64,000 nucleotides of DNA, taken from positions 68,304 to 132,303 of the IMG/VR virus record IMGVR_UViG_3300023184_000042; one strand, 5' to 3'. The stretch is from a virus. The position numbers and the translations under genes were made by a program. The notes under the pieces are model-generated. The model had not been told where the DNA came from, did no database searches, and worked only from the letters and a program-made list of their open reading frames with translations. Below, piece by piece: positions 10,501-19,077 of this stretch; positions within the stretch are counted from its first letter, which is position 1; the number at the start of each line of letters is the position of its first letter.

Positions 10501-11677
10501 ATTATCTTGGAGAAAAGGATGGAGAGCAGATACAGAAGATGACAAAACTTCAGGGCTTATAAGATTTTCTGAAATTAGAGTAATTAATTATCCATCATCT
10601 GAAGGGCTGCATGTACCAACTTTACAATTAGAAGACAGTGCATTTTTATCGGATAAACATTCTACGCAACATTACGGAAATTTTAAGCCATCAGAATTAA
10701 ATGCATATGATTTAGGAAGTGATTTACTTAGTTGGAAAGATATATATACTTCAGGAGTAATTCAAATATCAAATAAGTTTGATCAAATTAAAGTTGGAAA
10801 TAAAGCAGGTTACGGAAATGATGGAGAAAATTCAACATTTATAGGCTTTTATGCGGGAGCTAATTCGTATGCTAATGATAATTCTATATTAATAGGAAAT
10901 GAAGCTGGTAGATATGCTAACAGTTCCGCTTCAGATGTAGTGTATATAGGAAAGGCAGCTGGTAAATACGCTTCTGACACTTCAGCTTCTATTTTTATTG
11001 GAACTGAAGCTGGAAATAATTCTGAATACGGAGCTTCATTTTCTGAGTATAGTGTTGCAATTGGGGAACAGGCAGGTAAATTTGCATTTAATGCACCACA
11101 ATCTATTATGATAGGAAGCTCTGCTGGATTCAGTGCTAGTATGGCAAGTAATTCAGTTATAATAGGAACCAAAGCTGGGTATGCTGCGGATACAGCTCAA
11201 TATTCTATATTATTAGGTTATCGATCTGGTTATGCTATGACTACCGCTAATTCTATTGGATATAATAATATAATCATAGGAAATAATATTTCGCTACCAA
11301 GTTCAACAAATAACTCATTGAATATTGGAGGAGTGTTATTTGGAACTGGATTATATGACGATTCAGCCAATCAGTTTGCCGCTAATCCGCCATTAACAGG
11401 TTCAGTAGCAAATGGTAAAATAGGTATTAATACACGAAATCCAGCATATAATTTAGATGTTTCTGGTTCAGGAAGATTTACAAATACATTAACTGTAACA
11501 GGTTCTTTGTCTGTAAAAGATTTATTGATACTTACACCAAGAACAACTACCCCAACAAGTCCAGCAACAGGCTCTCTTATAATGTCTGCTTCGGGCGCAT
11601 CTGGAATGTCTTTATTTGCATTTACAGGTAACGGCACAGCTGGAGGCGGCTGGGGACGAGTAGTATTGTCTTCTTAA
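7580..11677 (+). CDS. Large tail fibre/baseplate-associated structural protein
   Basis: 1365 aa, Ser/Gly/Thr-rich; C-terminal IGxxAG repeats and a KIGINTRNPAYNLDVSGS fibre motif shared with neighbouring genes. Confidence 0.65.
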   Translation: MAKKEIFYQGLDAIPVIIEDTSLTSPDYFRVTDLPTQLNAGTNVFKFKGNVSLFPENSAVYIEILDANGLPVYYEVGIDLESQEQLAIVTVFINQDTTPGNGSIIICSTLNQSAEGQILDPSEINLRWQVPIYIDISKRNDGEIIFSEIPTVTVSSNYSQVSEIEYRDLTYNGSLASLRSKEQTQTVKMQYGVGNAATYYYNNDTPMLVLNNDKGPFVLNEPNRGFVTSSLAAVINVSSSYIVSLTPSTASVDVIPQQVSSSVISFTGSAIFAQSYATPGTGSHIAILKDPMSFAINNSNDRYYPSSATISNLHVTYTLSKKADNIYTFENKTQNTYNSVNVNFSKLTPLVGTVAKIRSYYKSSGVGEYMLLNETDITQYDTEFGFNTGSLSATFALPTTHKGEKIDFKFEFISPTGFVSKQYAEIKNTTFTGGNSYIAGDDNLITGSLYVAGSTGSGVHISGKGNAAMIRSIGYEGFAKAVAGTGRGGFVIYSGSVQPILNASENYSGVGIELFANTSSYFKYTTSGSGLLDIRTDKFFLGSTNQFISGANGNIEISSSNFHLDANGNVNMSGDINAVNGIFENVSIIGQVPSSSIASSISKQWLLESWVTSSSDRFNIQFAITSSGKPYSFTAGGTFKTGMLTWTASIESGSKNTYIGSLDSSKVYDPFPKSSYLIGGNPDLVTLEPYTSASVHVKNTYPYSASFTSMLNFGFTGSAYKGGYGFDCKPTPPTGFKKWAEVHGTYNLSSYNGIGMETTSSTSHSIVNNPFYPNIGTADGIVFPTPRVSYIPSSSLYSESSLPSYFNSGSRNAGRIQTDDAVYDGAYTFCITSEIITLDSSLIGLDSYGRLINEPLGIQFAAKYCALSTYTKLWGGYVRPGGDPSSYSTTSKTSGASYRPIGATWPEYWKRDIRCELIGIDPVDASESVILSQTQSTTGTINWSMFNIPLSLALTTETEDDIGSQVIYNKFRIKLSWRKGWRADTEDDKTSGLIRFSEIRVINYPSSEGLHVPTLQLEDSAFLSDKHSTQHYGNFKPSELNAYDLGSDLLSWKDIYTSGVIQISNKFDQIKVGNKAGYGNDGENSTFIGFYAGANSYANDNSILIGNEAGRYANSSASDVVYIGKAAGKYASDTSASIFIGTEAGNNSEYGASFSEYSVAIGEQAGKFAFNAPQSIMIGSSAGFSASMASNSVIIGTKAGYAADTAQYSILLGYRSGYAMTTANSIGYNNIIIGNNISLPSSTNNSLNIGGVLFGTGLYDDSANQFAANPPLTGSVANGKIGINTRNPAYNLDVSGSGRFTNTLTVTGSLSVKDLLILTPRTTTPTSPATGSLIMSASGASGMSLFAFTGNGTAGGGWGRVVLSS

Positions 11678-11686
11678 ATCATCAAA

Positions 11687-11727
11687 TGATTTTCCCTTTG
11701 CGATATTTATTACAAAGAGAAAGATCA
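11687..11727 (+). promoter_or_regulatory. Late motif GATATTTAT (11702-11710) in a hairpin loop; 3' arm abuts ATG 11729
   Basis: TGATTTTCCCTTTG pairs imperfectly with CAAAGAGAAAGATCA. Confidence 0.6.
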
Positions 11728-11728
11728 A

Positions 11729-14695
11729 ATGGCAATATCTAATTTAACAGGTCAAAAACCATATCAATCATTTCGGAATTTGATGCAAATATCATCTTCC
11801 GGGCAAGTTTATGATGGTCTAGGAAATTTAGTTACGTCTTTACAATTAACAGCATCTTTTGTATCAGGCTCTTCTAATAGCGGAGGCACTGGAGCAGGAT
11901 TTCCGTTTTCAGGATCTGCAGTAATTACAGGCTCTCTTTTAGTATCAAGTTCACTTACAGTAACAGGATCTTTAAATGTAAGTGGATCAATAACTGCAAA
12001 TTCAGCAATAATAGGAATTGGAACAACTGCAATAACAACTCCTAGTTATGGATTCACTCCAAACATATCGATAGCTATGAATACCGGATCTTCAGGAGCG
12101 GTATTAGGTTTAAGAAATACTTCATCAAGTTTACAACCAGGAGATGCTTTAGGGACTATTCAATTTGCAGGTACAGGAGATACAACAAATATGTATGCTT
12201 CTTCTCAAATTAAAGCAACAGTTACACAAACTCCAAGTACTGGTAATTCAGGAGGAGGTAATATTGCAATACTAACTAGCCAAGCAAGTAGTGGAGCCAT
12301 TCTATTAGAGAGAATGCGAGTTAATTCTAGCGGACAAGTATTAGTAGGACTAACTTCTTCACTAGATACTACTTCTAAACTTATAGTAAGTGGGTCAACT
12401 TCTCTATTAGCTTTACTAGTAGGATCAGGTTCATCAAATAGTACACCAATTTATGGAGCTGCACCAAATGCCGTGATAGGTATGAATACCGGATCTTCAG
12501 GAGCTGTATTAGAGCTAAGAAATACATCCCAAAGTATATCAGCAGGAAGTATTCTAGGTACTATACAATTTACCGCAGCCGGAAGTGGGGGGACATACTC
12601 TTCTACTCAAATTTGTTCAACGGTTACAACTAGTCCTGGTTCAGGTAACTCAGGAGGAGGGAATCTCTCACTTTGGACTACTCCATCTTCGGCAGGAAGC
12701 CTAGCAGAACGTATGAGAATTAATTCCTTAGGTAACGTAGGTATTAACACAACATCCCCAAATGCAAAACTAGATGTAAACGGTAATGCAATCATAACAG
12801 GATCACTAAACGTAACTCAAGGAATAACAGGTTCTTTATTTGGAACAGCATCTTATGCAATTCAAGCATTAAGTGCTTCTTTTGCACAAACAGCTTCTTT
12901 TGCACCTCTATACCTTCCTCTAACCGGAGGAACCATAGACGGTAACTTAACAGTAGCAGGAACAGCTTCAATTTCATACCTAAACGTAACTTTTGAATCA
13001 GCATCAGTGATTTATTCCTCAGGTTCAAATCAATTTGGAGATGCAACTAATGATGTTCAAACATTAAATGGTACAGTAATTGTTTCTGGTTCACAACAAA
13101 TAACTGGATCACTTACAATAGCAGGTTCAATTACATCATCAGGAAATATTGTACCTTCGACAACTGCAACCTATGATTTAGGAACAACTAGTATAAAATT
13201 CAGAGATGGTTGGTTTAGTAGAAATTTACACTCTAGTACAACTTGGACAAATAATATAGCTTTTGAAACAACAGATCTAACTGTATATAATTCAAGTGGA
13301 ACTCAAATTACTGGAAAATGGTTTGGTGCAACAGGAAATCTAGCACTACAATCAGGAAGTGTAACTGCACCAGTAGACGACGGTGTAAACAGACTACAAG
13401 TCTCAGGTTCAGCTAGAATAACAAATGGATTAACATTAACAGGATCTTTAACAGTATCAGGTTCAAATACTACTCAACTTGTAGTAGGAACTAATTCACT
13501 ATTTGTTTCATCAAGTGGCAATATTGGTATAGGAACAACAAATCCAAGCACAACCTTACAAGTTTCATCAGCTACAAATCAAGGTGTTGTTATTGGTACA
13601 ACATCATACCCTAATTGGATGGGTACAGATGGACTTTATGTAGATGGTCAATTTCGTGCAAATGCTTATCTTGTAGGCAGTGGTGGTACTATAAATTGGG
13701 GCGCAAGTCAAGCACGAATCATGGGATATAACCCCTACACAAACTCCGACACCTATCTTTCTTTCTTTACTGGTGGGACTGCTTATGGTGAACGTATGCG
13801 TATTATTGATAATGGTAACGTAGGAATAGGTAAAACAAATCCAAGTACAACCCTAGATGTAAGTGGTAGTGTAAGTGTAACAGGTTCTTTATTAGTATCA
13901 GGTTCAGCCAGAATAACAAATGGATTAACAGTAACAGGATCTTTATTAATATCAAGTTCAGCAGGTATGACTGTTGATGGAATTAATATTGGTAGAGGTA
14001 GTGGATACATAGAAAGTAATACTGCAATAGGTTCTTCTGCATTATATAATAATACTATAGGTACTAATAATTGTGCATTAGGAAGTAGTGCTTTATATAC
14101 TAATACAATAGGAAATAATAATGTTGCAATAGGTTCCGCTGTTTTGAATAGTAATCTAAATGGATCTCAAAATATAGGAATAGGACAAGGAGCTTTACAA
14201 AATAGTTTAGGTAGTAATAATAATTCAATAGGACAAAGCTCATTACCTGAAATTATTTATGGAGAAAACAACATAGCATTTGGAAGATTTGCAGGTAGAT
14301 ATATTGCTGATAAAGCAACACTACTTACATCATCAATTGACAATAGTATCTTATTAGGACATCAAACATCCCCATTAGGACAAGGGCAAACCAACCAAAT
14401 AGTAATTGGATATAATAGTACAGGTCTAGGTTCAAATACAACAGTATTAGGAAATTCATCTACAGTTACTACTGCTATATATGGTAATCTATTATTAGGA
14501 ACAACAACAGATATTGCAAGTTCTAAATTAACAGTATCAAGTACCACACAAGGTGTGTTACTACCAAGAATGACAACAGTACAAGTAAATGCGATTGTTT
14601 CACCAGTACAAGGTTTAACGGTTTTCAATACAGATTTAAACACACTCTGCTTTTACACAACATCATGGCAAAAAGTAACTAGTACAGCAATGTAA
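11729..14695 (+). CDS. Tail fibre-like protein
   Basis: Repeated ITGSL.VSGS, ERMRI...GNVGIG...P...LDV and NxAIGxxAL motifs; C-terminal STTQGVLLPRMTT..GLTVFNTD..LCFY. Confidence 0.75.
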   Translation: MAISNLTGQKPYQSFRNLMQISSSGQVYDGLGNLVTSLQLTASFVSGSSNSGGTGAGFPFSGSAVITGSLLVSSSLTVTGSLNVSGSITANSAIIGIGTTAITTPSYGFTPNISIAMNTGSSGAVLGLRNTSSSLQPGDALGTIQFAGTGDTTNMYASSQIKATVTQTPSTGNSGGGNIAILTSQASSGAILLERMRVNSSGQVLVGLTSSLDTTSKLIVSGSTSLLALLVGSGSSNSTPIYGAAPNAVIGMNTGSSGAVLELRNTSQSISAGSILGTIQFTAAGSGGTYSSTQICSTVTTSPGSGNSGGGNLSLWTTPSSAGSLAERMRINSLGNVGINTTSPNAKLDVNGNAIITGSLNVTQGITGSLFGTASYAIQALSASFAQTASFAPLYLPLTGGTIDGNLTVAGTASISYLNVTFESASVIYSSGSNQFGDATNDVQTLNGTVIVSGSQQITGSLTIAGSITSSGNIVPSTTATYDLGTTSIKFRDGWFSRNLHSSTTWTNNIAFETTDLTVYNSSGTQITGKWFGATGNLALQSGSVTAPVDDGVNRLQVSGSARITNGLTLTGSLTVSGSNTTQLVVGTNSLFVSSSGNIGIGTTNPSTTLQVSSATNQGVVIGTTSYPNWMGTDGLYVDGQFRANAYLVGSGGTINWGASQARIMGYNPYTNSDTYLSFFTGGTAYGERMRIIDNGNVGIGKTNPSTTLDVSGSVSVTGSLLVSGSARITNGLTVTGSLLISSSAGMTVDGINIGRGSGYIESNTAIGSSALYNNTIGTNNCALGSSALYTNTIGNNNVAIGSAVLNSNLNGSQNIGIGQGALQNSLGSNNNSIGQSSLPEIIYGENNIAFGRFAGRYIADKATLLTSSIDNSILLGHQTSPLGQGQTNQIVIGYNSTGLGSNTTVLGNSSTVTTAIYGNLLLGTTTDIASSKLTVSSTTQGVLLPRMTTVQVNAIVSPVQGLTVFNTDLNTLCFYTTSWQKVTSTAM
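12076..12730 (+). repeat. Internal ~135-aa (405-nt) tandem domain duplication in the fibre gene
   Basis: TATGAATACCGGATCTTCAGGAGC is identical at 12076 and 12481; MNTGSSGAVL.LRNTS...GTIQF...GNSGGGN...ERMR occurs twice. Confidence 0.85.
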
Positions 14696-14708
14696 TAAAT
14701 AAAAACAA

Positions 14709-15038
14709 ATGATAAATTACACATGGACCTTTAGTGCTTTTGACTGCACACCAGAAAAAGTAGTAACTTCAATACATTGGAGATACAAAGGAGTAAATGA
14801 AAATAATACTTCTCACGAGATTTACGGAGTAATAGCAGTAGGAGAACCTGACTATGAAAATTTTACAGATTTTGAAAATCTATCTTTTGAACAATCAACA
14901 GGTTGGATTGAAAATATTTACTCACAACCAAACGAAGAACAAGAACTTACCCAATTACAAATAATGCAAAAATGTATTGCAGAACAAATTGAACTAATAG
15001 AGAAGCCTCTATCAATAACGTTACAACCACCATTCTAA
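14709..15038 (+). CDS. Small acidic fibre-associated protein (possible fibre chaperone)
   Basis: Directly follows the fibre gene; VVTSIHWRY...NFTDFENLSFEQ..GW, ending PPF. Confidence 0.5.
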   Translation: MINYTWTFSAFDCTPEKVVTSIHWRYKGVNENNTSHEIYGVIAVGEPDYENFTDFENLSFEQSTGWIENIYSQPNEEQELTQLQIMQKCIAEQIELIEKPLSITLQPPF

Positions 15039-15042
15039 AAAA

Positions 15043-15090
15043 CAATTTGTATATAATGGAACAAGATATATGAGTGCTAGTTTCTTCTAG
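15043..15090 (+). pseudogene. Orphan 3' remnant of a fibre-type gene
   Basis: Intergenic frame reads QFVYNGTRYMSASFF-stop with no start codon; resembles the ends of fibre proteins in this window. Confidence 0.4.
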
Positions 15091-15093
15091 TAT

Positions 15094-15115
15094 TTATCAA
15101 GTTACATATTTATAT
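15094..15115 (+). repeat. 22-bp direct repeat copy 1, containing late motif CATATTTAT
   Basis: TTATCAAGTTACATATTTATAT is identical at 19040-19061. Confidence 0.85.
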
Positions 15116-15128
15116 TAAATAAAATTAA

Positions 15129-15458
15129 ATGATTAGAACTGCATTCAATTGGGACAATGCAACTTTTGCTTGGGATGCAAATCCGTTTGGAGCATTACAA
15201 AGCTCTAATCCATTTAAGTGGGATGACATTGCATTACTTCAAGAGTTAGCTGGTATAATTCAAACGGGAGGGCATATAGATGATGTAAATCATCATTTAA
15301 AAAATAAAAACAAAAAACAACAATTTGTAACTCTTTGGTGTAAAGTGCAAGGCATTGAAACTAAAAGTGCAAAAGAAATAAAAAACTTCAAAGTTAAAAT
15401 TTCTGACGTGGAAATGGTAATTAAAGAAGTATTTAATTCAATTAAAATAGAACTATAA
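15129..15458 (+). CDS. Hypothetical protein (Trp-rich N-terminus)
   Basis: Intact ORF after a late motif; FNWDNATFAWDANPF. Confidence 0.6.
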   Translation: MIRTAFNWDNATFAWDANPFGALQSSNPFKWDDIALLQELAGIIQTGGHIDDVNHHLKNKNKKQQFVTLWCKVQGIETKSAKEIKNFKVKISDVEMVIKEVFNSIKIEL

Positions 15459-16030
15459 TGTATAAACTATTCACTGATAAAACTGAAAATTTTGAATGCA
15501 ACGTCAAATTAGAGGGAGCTTCATTAAAAAACAGTGTAGCTAGAATAATAATAGAATCTGAAGATGTTAATTTATTATTCAATGGCACAATCGATTCTAA
15601 AGGAAAATGTACTATTCCAATTAAAAAACTAAAAGGACTACTTGGAGAAAATACCAAAGGTACATTGAAATTAGAAGTAATAGCAGAAGATACATATTTT
15701 GTACCTTGGACATCTAAATTTTCAGTTGAAGCTGCTCGTAAAGTAACAGTAGAAGTAAAATCACAAAATGCTGATTTAATAGCAGAGTCTGCTCCGAAAG
15801 TTCAAATTTCCAATGTAAGAAATTCAAATCAAAACATACCACTTTCTGTTCAAAATCATGTTGTGCGATTAGTGTCTTTGCTAATAAAAGAAAATATCAA
15901 TTTAGATAATTTACGTTATAAAAAAGACAAACTTAATAACATTGTAGCAACATACCTGCAAAAAAATACAATAAAAGAAGCTCAAAAACCAGAATTGATT
16001 CAAGGAATAATTAATAAGTTACCTAAATAA
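15458..16030 (+). CDS. Hypothetical protein, beta-rich N-terminal domain, possibly virion-associated
   Basis: Coupled by a TAATG overlap; intact ORF. Confidence 0.6.
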   Translation: MYKLFTDKTENFECNVKLEGASLKNSVARIIIESEDVNLLFNGTIDSKGKCTIPIKKLKGLLGENTKGTLKLEVIAEDTYFVPWTSKFSVEAARKVTVEVKSQNADLIAESAPKVQISNVRNSNQNIPLSVQNHVVRLVSLLIKENINLDNLRYKKDKLNNIVATYLQKNTIKEAQKPELIQGIINKLPK

Positions 16031-16051
16031 TAAGTACTTAAATAACTAGTT

Positions 16052-18244
16052 ATGGCATTACCTAATTTAGCAGGGCAGAATATTGAAACAACCTATCAAA
16101 GGATTGTTCATACAGACGGTACTAATTACTACAATGGAGAAGGAACTTTATTAAATATAGGAGGTGGAGGCTCTACTTTTCCATACACCGGTGACGCAGT
16201 TATAACTGGGTCTCTTCTTGTATCAAGTTCACTTACAGTTTCTGGTTCGTTAAATGTATCACAAGGAATAACAGGTTCTTTATTTGGAACTTCATCATGG
16301 GCACAAAACTCAATAAGTTCCTCATATCCTTTAACAGTAACAGGTAGTACTTTAAGGTCTACATATGTAGGAGGCAACTATGCCGCCAACATTACTAACA
16401 GTATCTTTATAGGTAATGCCGCAGGTGCTAATGCAACGCTAGCTTCTAGCTCAGTCTTTTTAGGATTTCAAGCTGGTACAAACGCACCAAGATCTTCTAA
16501 TTCAAACTTTATAGGTTATCAAGCAGGTTATCAAGCAACAAGTGCTAGTAACTCAAACTTCTTAGGTGAAAAGGCCGGTCTAAGTGCCCAATACGCTAAT
16601 AATTCAAATTTTTTAGGAAATAATGCAGGTTGGTTTGCACCTTCTGCTAACAACTCAAACTTCTTTGGTCAAAGTGCAGGTTACAATGCCCAATACGCTA
16701 ATAATTCAAATTTTCTTGGTTCAGGTTCAGGGTATAGTGCGAATTTTGCTAACAACTCAAACTTTTTAGGTCAAAATGCAGGTGCAAACGCAACCAATGC
16801 TTACTATTCAAACTTTTTAGGGTTGAAAGCTGGTGCAGATGCAACTAATGCTTCATATTCAAACTTTTTAGGTCTTCAAGCTGGTTATCAAGCAACAGCT
16901 GTAAATAGTTCAAACTTTATTGGTACAAGTGCTGGTTATCAAGCAGCTAGTGCTAGTTATTCAAATTTCTTTGGATTAGGAGCTGGAACAAGTGCAATAA
17001 GCGCTAGTTATTCAAACTTCTTAGGGTACAATGTTGGTAATGTAGCTACATCAGCCTCATACTCAACTTTAATAGGATACCAAGTAGGGTATGCGACGCT
17101 ATACCAAAATAGTATAGGACCAAATAATATTATAATAGGTACTAATATAACCCTAGCACCACAACAAAAAGATTCTATTAACATAGGAGGAATTATATTT
17201 GCAACTGGCTCTTATTTCTCAAACGCAGTATTCTCCACTCCATTCTCAGGTTCGGTATCAGGAGCTAAAGTAGGTATAGGTACCTCAACTCCACAATATA
17301 CGTTTGACGTGTCCGGTTCCGGAAGATATACAAATGCACTAACTGTATCAGGTTCAATAACATCTACATCTGGATTTATTAAACCAGGAGCTGGTTCTCA
17401 ATACCTATTAGCGGACGGTACCACAACATCAGGAGGTGGAGGAGGTGGAGGATCAACTTTTCCATACACAGGTTCAGCTTTAATAACAGGATCTTTAGGA
17501 ATAACAGGTTCACTATCAACCCTAGGTTTTGATGCTACGATAAACGGAGTAACTGTTGGTAGAGGGCAAGGTAATATAGGAACTAATACAGCAGTAGGTA
17601 ATAGTGCACTTATAGTAAATACAACAGGAAGAAGTAATGTAGCTTTAGGAAAGGATACTTTAAGGCACAACAGTATAGGAGAGAATAATACAGCAGTTGG
17701 ATTTTCTGCTGGATCAGAAATTACTGAAGGATCTAATAACCTACTTATAGGATTTAGTGCCGGAAACAGCATTACTACCGGAACTAAAAATATACTAATA
17801 GGAGATGATAATAGTACTTATCCGGACCTTGGTACAGCATTTAACGGTCAAAATACTCTAAGTATATCCAAAGGTGATACCGCTTTAGGAACAGGACTAC
17901 CCCATATATGGGCACCAGATACCGTTAGCATTGAGTCAAATAGTTCAATGTTTGTAATTACAGTAAAAGCTGCTAACTATAGTTCAATGTTTGTTGAATA
18001 TACTATTGAAGATACAAATGGAAGTTTACGAGCAGGGTATATAAAAGGTGTTTGGAAACGAGACCTTTCTAAAATAAAATGGACAGAAGATACAACAGAC
18101 AGTATTGGGGATACTTCAAAGTACGTATTTGACATTTATGATGCTGGAAGTGAAAATATTGGATTAAGATTAACAAACACTGATGCGTATTACGTTTACT
18201 GTAACGTAACATCAAGATTGTTAGCAAGACCTGAAATCCCTTAA
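16052..18244 (+). CDS. Tail fibre-like protein with 17-aa repeats
   Basis: N-terminus related to 11729 and 19078; tandem NSNFLGxxAGxxAxxA repeats; FPYTGSALITGSL motifs. Confidence 0.75.
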   Translation: MALPNLAGQNIETTYQRIVHTDGTNYYNGEGTLLNIGGGGSTFPYTGDAVITGSLLVSSSLTVSGSLNVSQGITGSLFGTSSWAQNSISSSYPLTVTGSTLRSTYVGGNYAANITNSIFIGNAAGANATLASSSVFLGFQAGTNAPRSSNSNFIGYQAGYQATSASNSNFLGEKAGLSAQYANNSNFLGNNAGWFAPSANNSNFFGQSAGYNAQYANNSNFLGSGSGYSANFANNSNFLGQNAGANATNAYYSNFLGLKAGADATNASYSNFLGLQAGYQATAVNSSNFIGTSAGYQAASASYSNFFGLGAGTSAISASYSNFLGYNVGNVATSASYSTLIGYQVGYATLYQNSIGPNNIIIGTNITLAPQQKDSINIGGIIFATGSYFSNAVFSTPFSGSVSGAKVGIGTSTPQYTFDVSGSGRYTNALTVSGSITSTSGFIKPGAGSQYLLADGTTTSGGGGGGGSTFPYTGSALITGSLGITGSLSTLGFDATINGVTVGRGQGNIGTNTAVGNSALIVNTTGRSNVALGKDTLRHNSIGENNTAVGFSAGSEITEGSNNLLIGFSAGNSITTGTKNILIGDDNSTYPDLGTAFNGQNTLSISKGDTALGTGLPHIWAPDTVSIESNSSMFVITVKAANYSSMFVEYTIEDTNGSLRAGYIKGVWKRDLSKIKWTEDTTDSIGDTSKYVFDIYDAGSENIGLRLTNTDAYYVYCNVTSRLLARPEIP
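16400..17090 (+). repeat. About 13 tandem 51-nt (17-aa) coding repeats, beta-helix-like
   Basis: Recurrent TCAAAYTTYTTAGG, translated S-N-F-(L/I/F)-G-x-x-A-G. Confidence 0.85.
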
Positions 18245-18263
18245 CAATTTAAAAATATAAAAT

Positions 18264-18866
18264 ATGCCAACAAGTCCTAATACACATTGGAAAGCGACTC
18301 CAAATAAAACAGACCACTTAACATCAGGTTTTACAAGTAAAGTAATATACAATTTCCAATTTACAACAGGAGTAGAAGTTCCAGACCACGCGGATGTTTT
18401 TGGTTCTATACAAGGTTATGATATAAACACAAAAGGCGACTTTCATCTTCCAAACAGCTATTTTGCCGGAGATAATGGTCAAGGATTTAGAATAACTATG
18501 TATTTTTTAAAACTAGTAGATGGAAATAATATGTCACTCAATCAATCACTTTGGAATAGGTCAGGGCTGAGTGAAGTTGTAATAGCATCACCAATTGATT
18601 CACCCGGAATAAACTCAAATGGGGGAGAAACATTAGCCAAATACGAATGCTACCTTACTAAATTTACGGTACCAGCAGATGCTACATACATACAAGCTAC
18701 AGGAAATATTATATATTCTGTAAAAGGAGATGGAAGTGGTATAGCTATGACCCCTTTCAACAACTATGTAGCTATAGATGTAAACGGAGGATATGATTTG
18801 TATATAAAAAATGGATGTGCAGATACAATTAGAGTAGTAAGTTTAATGGTAGAAGAAATAAGTTAA
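18264..18866 (+). CDS. Hypothetical protein, probably fibre-associated
   Basis: Intact ORF following the fibre gene; beta-rich composition. Confidence 0.55.
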   Translation: MPTSPNTHWKATPNKTDHLTSGFTSKVIYNFQFTTGVEVPDHADVFGSIQGYDINTKGDFHLPNSYFAGDNGQGFRITMYFLKLVDGNNMSLNQSLWNRSGLSEVVIASPIDSPGINSNGGETLAKYECYLTKFTVPADATYIQATGNIIYSVKGDGSGIAMTPFNNYVAIDVNGGYDLYIKNGCADTIRVVSLMVEEIS

Positions 18867-18868
18867 CA

Positions 18869-19002
18869 ATGGAAACAAAACAGTTATCACAACAAGAGTT
18901 ACAGTTACAATTGGAGGAGCTTTGAAACTTGGTAGATTTACTAATTTTCCTGATAATCCTGTAAATGGAATGTTAATAATGTATGGGGACAGATTACAAT
19001 AA
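18869..19002 (+). pseudogene. Fused remnant: start of a small coiled-coil gene joined out of frame to a fibre-like C-terminus
   Basis: METKQLSQQELQLQLEEL-stop (18869-18925) resembles the start of ORF 42900. A second frame reads IGGALKLGRFTNFPDNPVNGMLIMYGDRLQ-stop, like the PTSPATGSLIM tail of ORF 7580. The junction is at tandem GTTACAGTTACA. Confidence 0.45.
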
Positions 19003-19039
19003 AGTAGTCTAAATGTAAATTACATAAATTCATTAAGAG

Positions 19040-19061
19040 TTATCAAGTTACATATTTATAT
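19040..19061 (+). repeat. 22-bp direct repeat copy 2, containing late motif CATATTTAT
   Basis: Identical to 15094-15115; continues into the palindrome TATTTATATATAAATA. Confidence 0.85.
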
Positions 19062-19077
19062 ATAAAATAAAACTCAA

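Noticed and set aside
16400-17090. Regular ~51-nt repeats as a possible CRISPR array
   Set aside because: The repeats are in-frame, degenerate at third codon positions and encode a 17-aa protein repeat; there are no unique spacers or cas genes
19052-19068. Canonical T4 late promoter TATAAATA on the + strand
   Set aside because: It appears here only as half of a palindrome with the ATATTTAT motif and does not recur before other late genes
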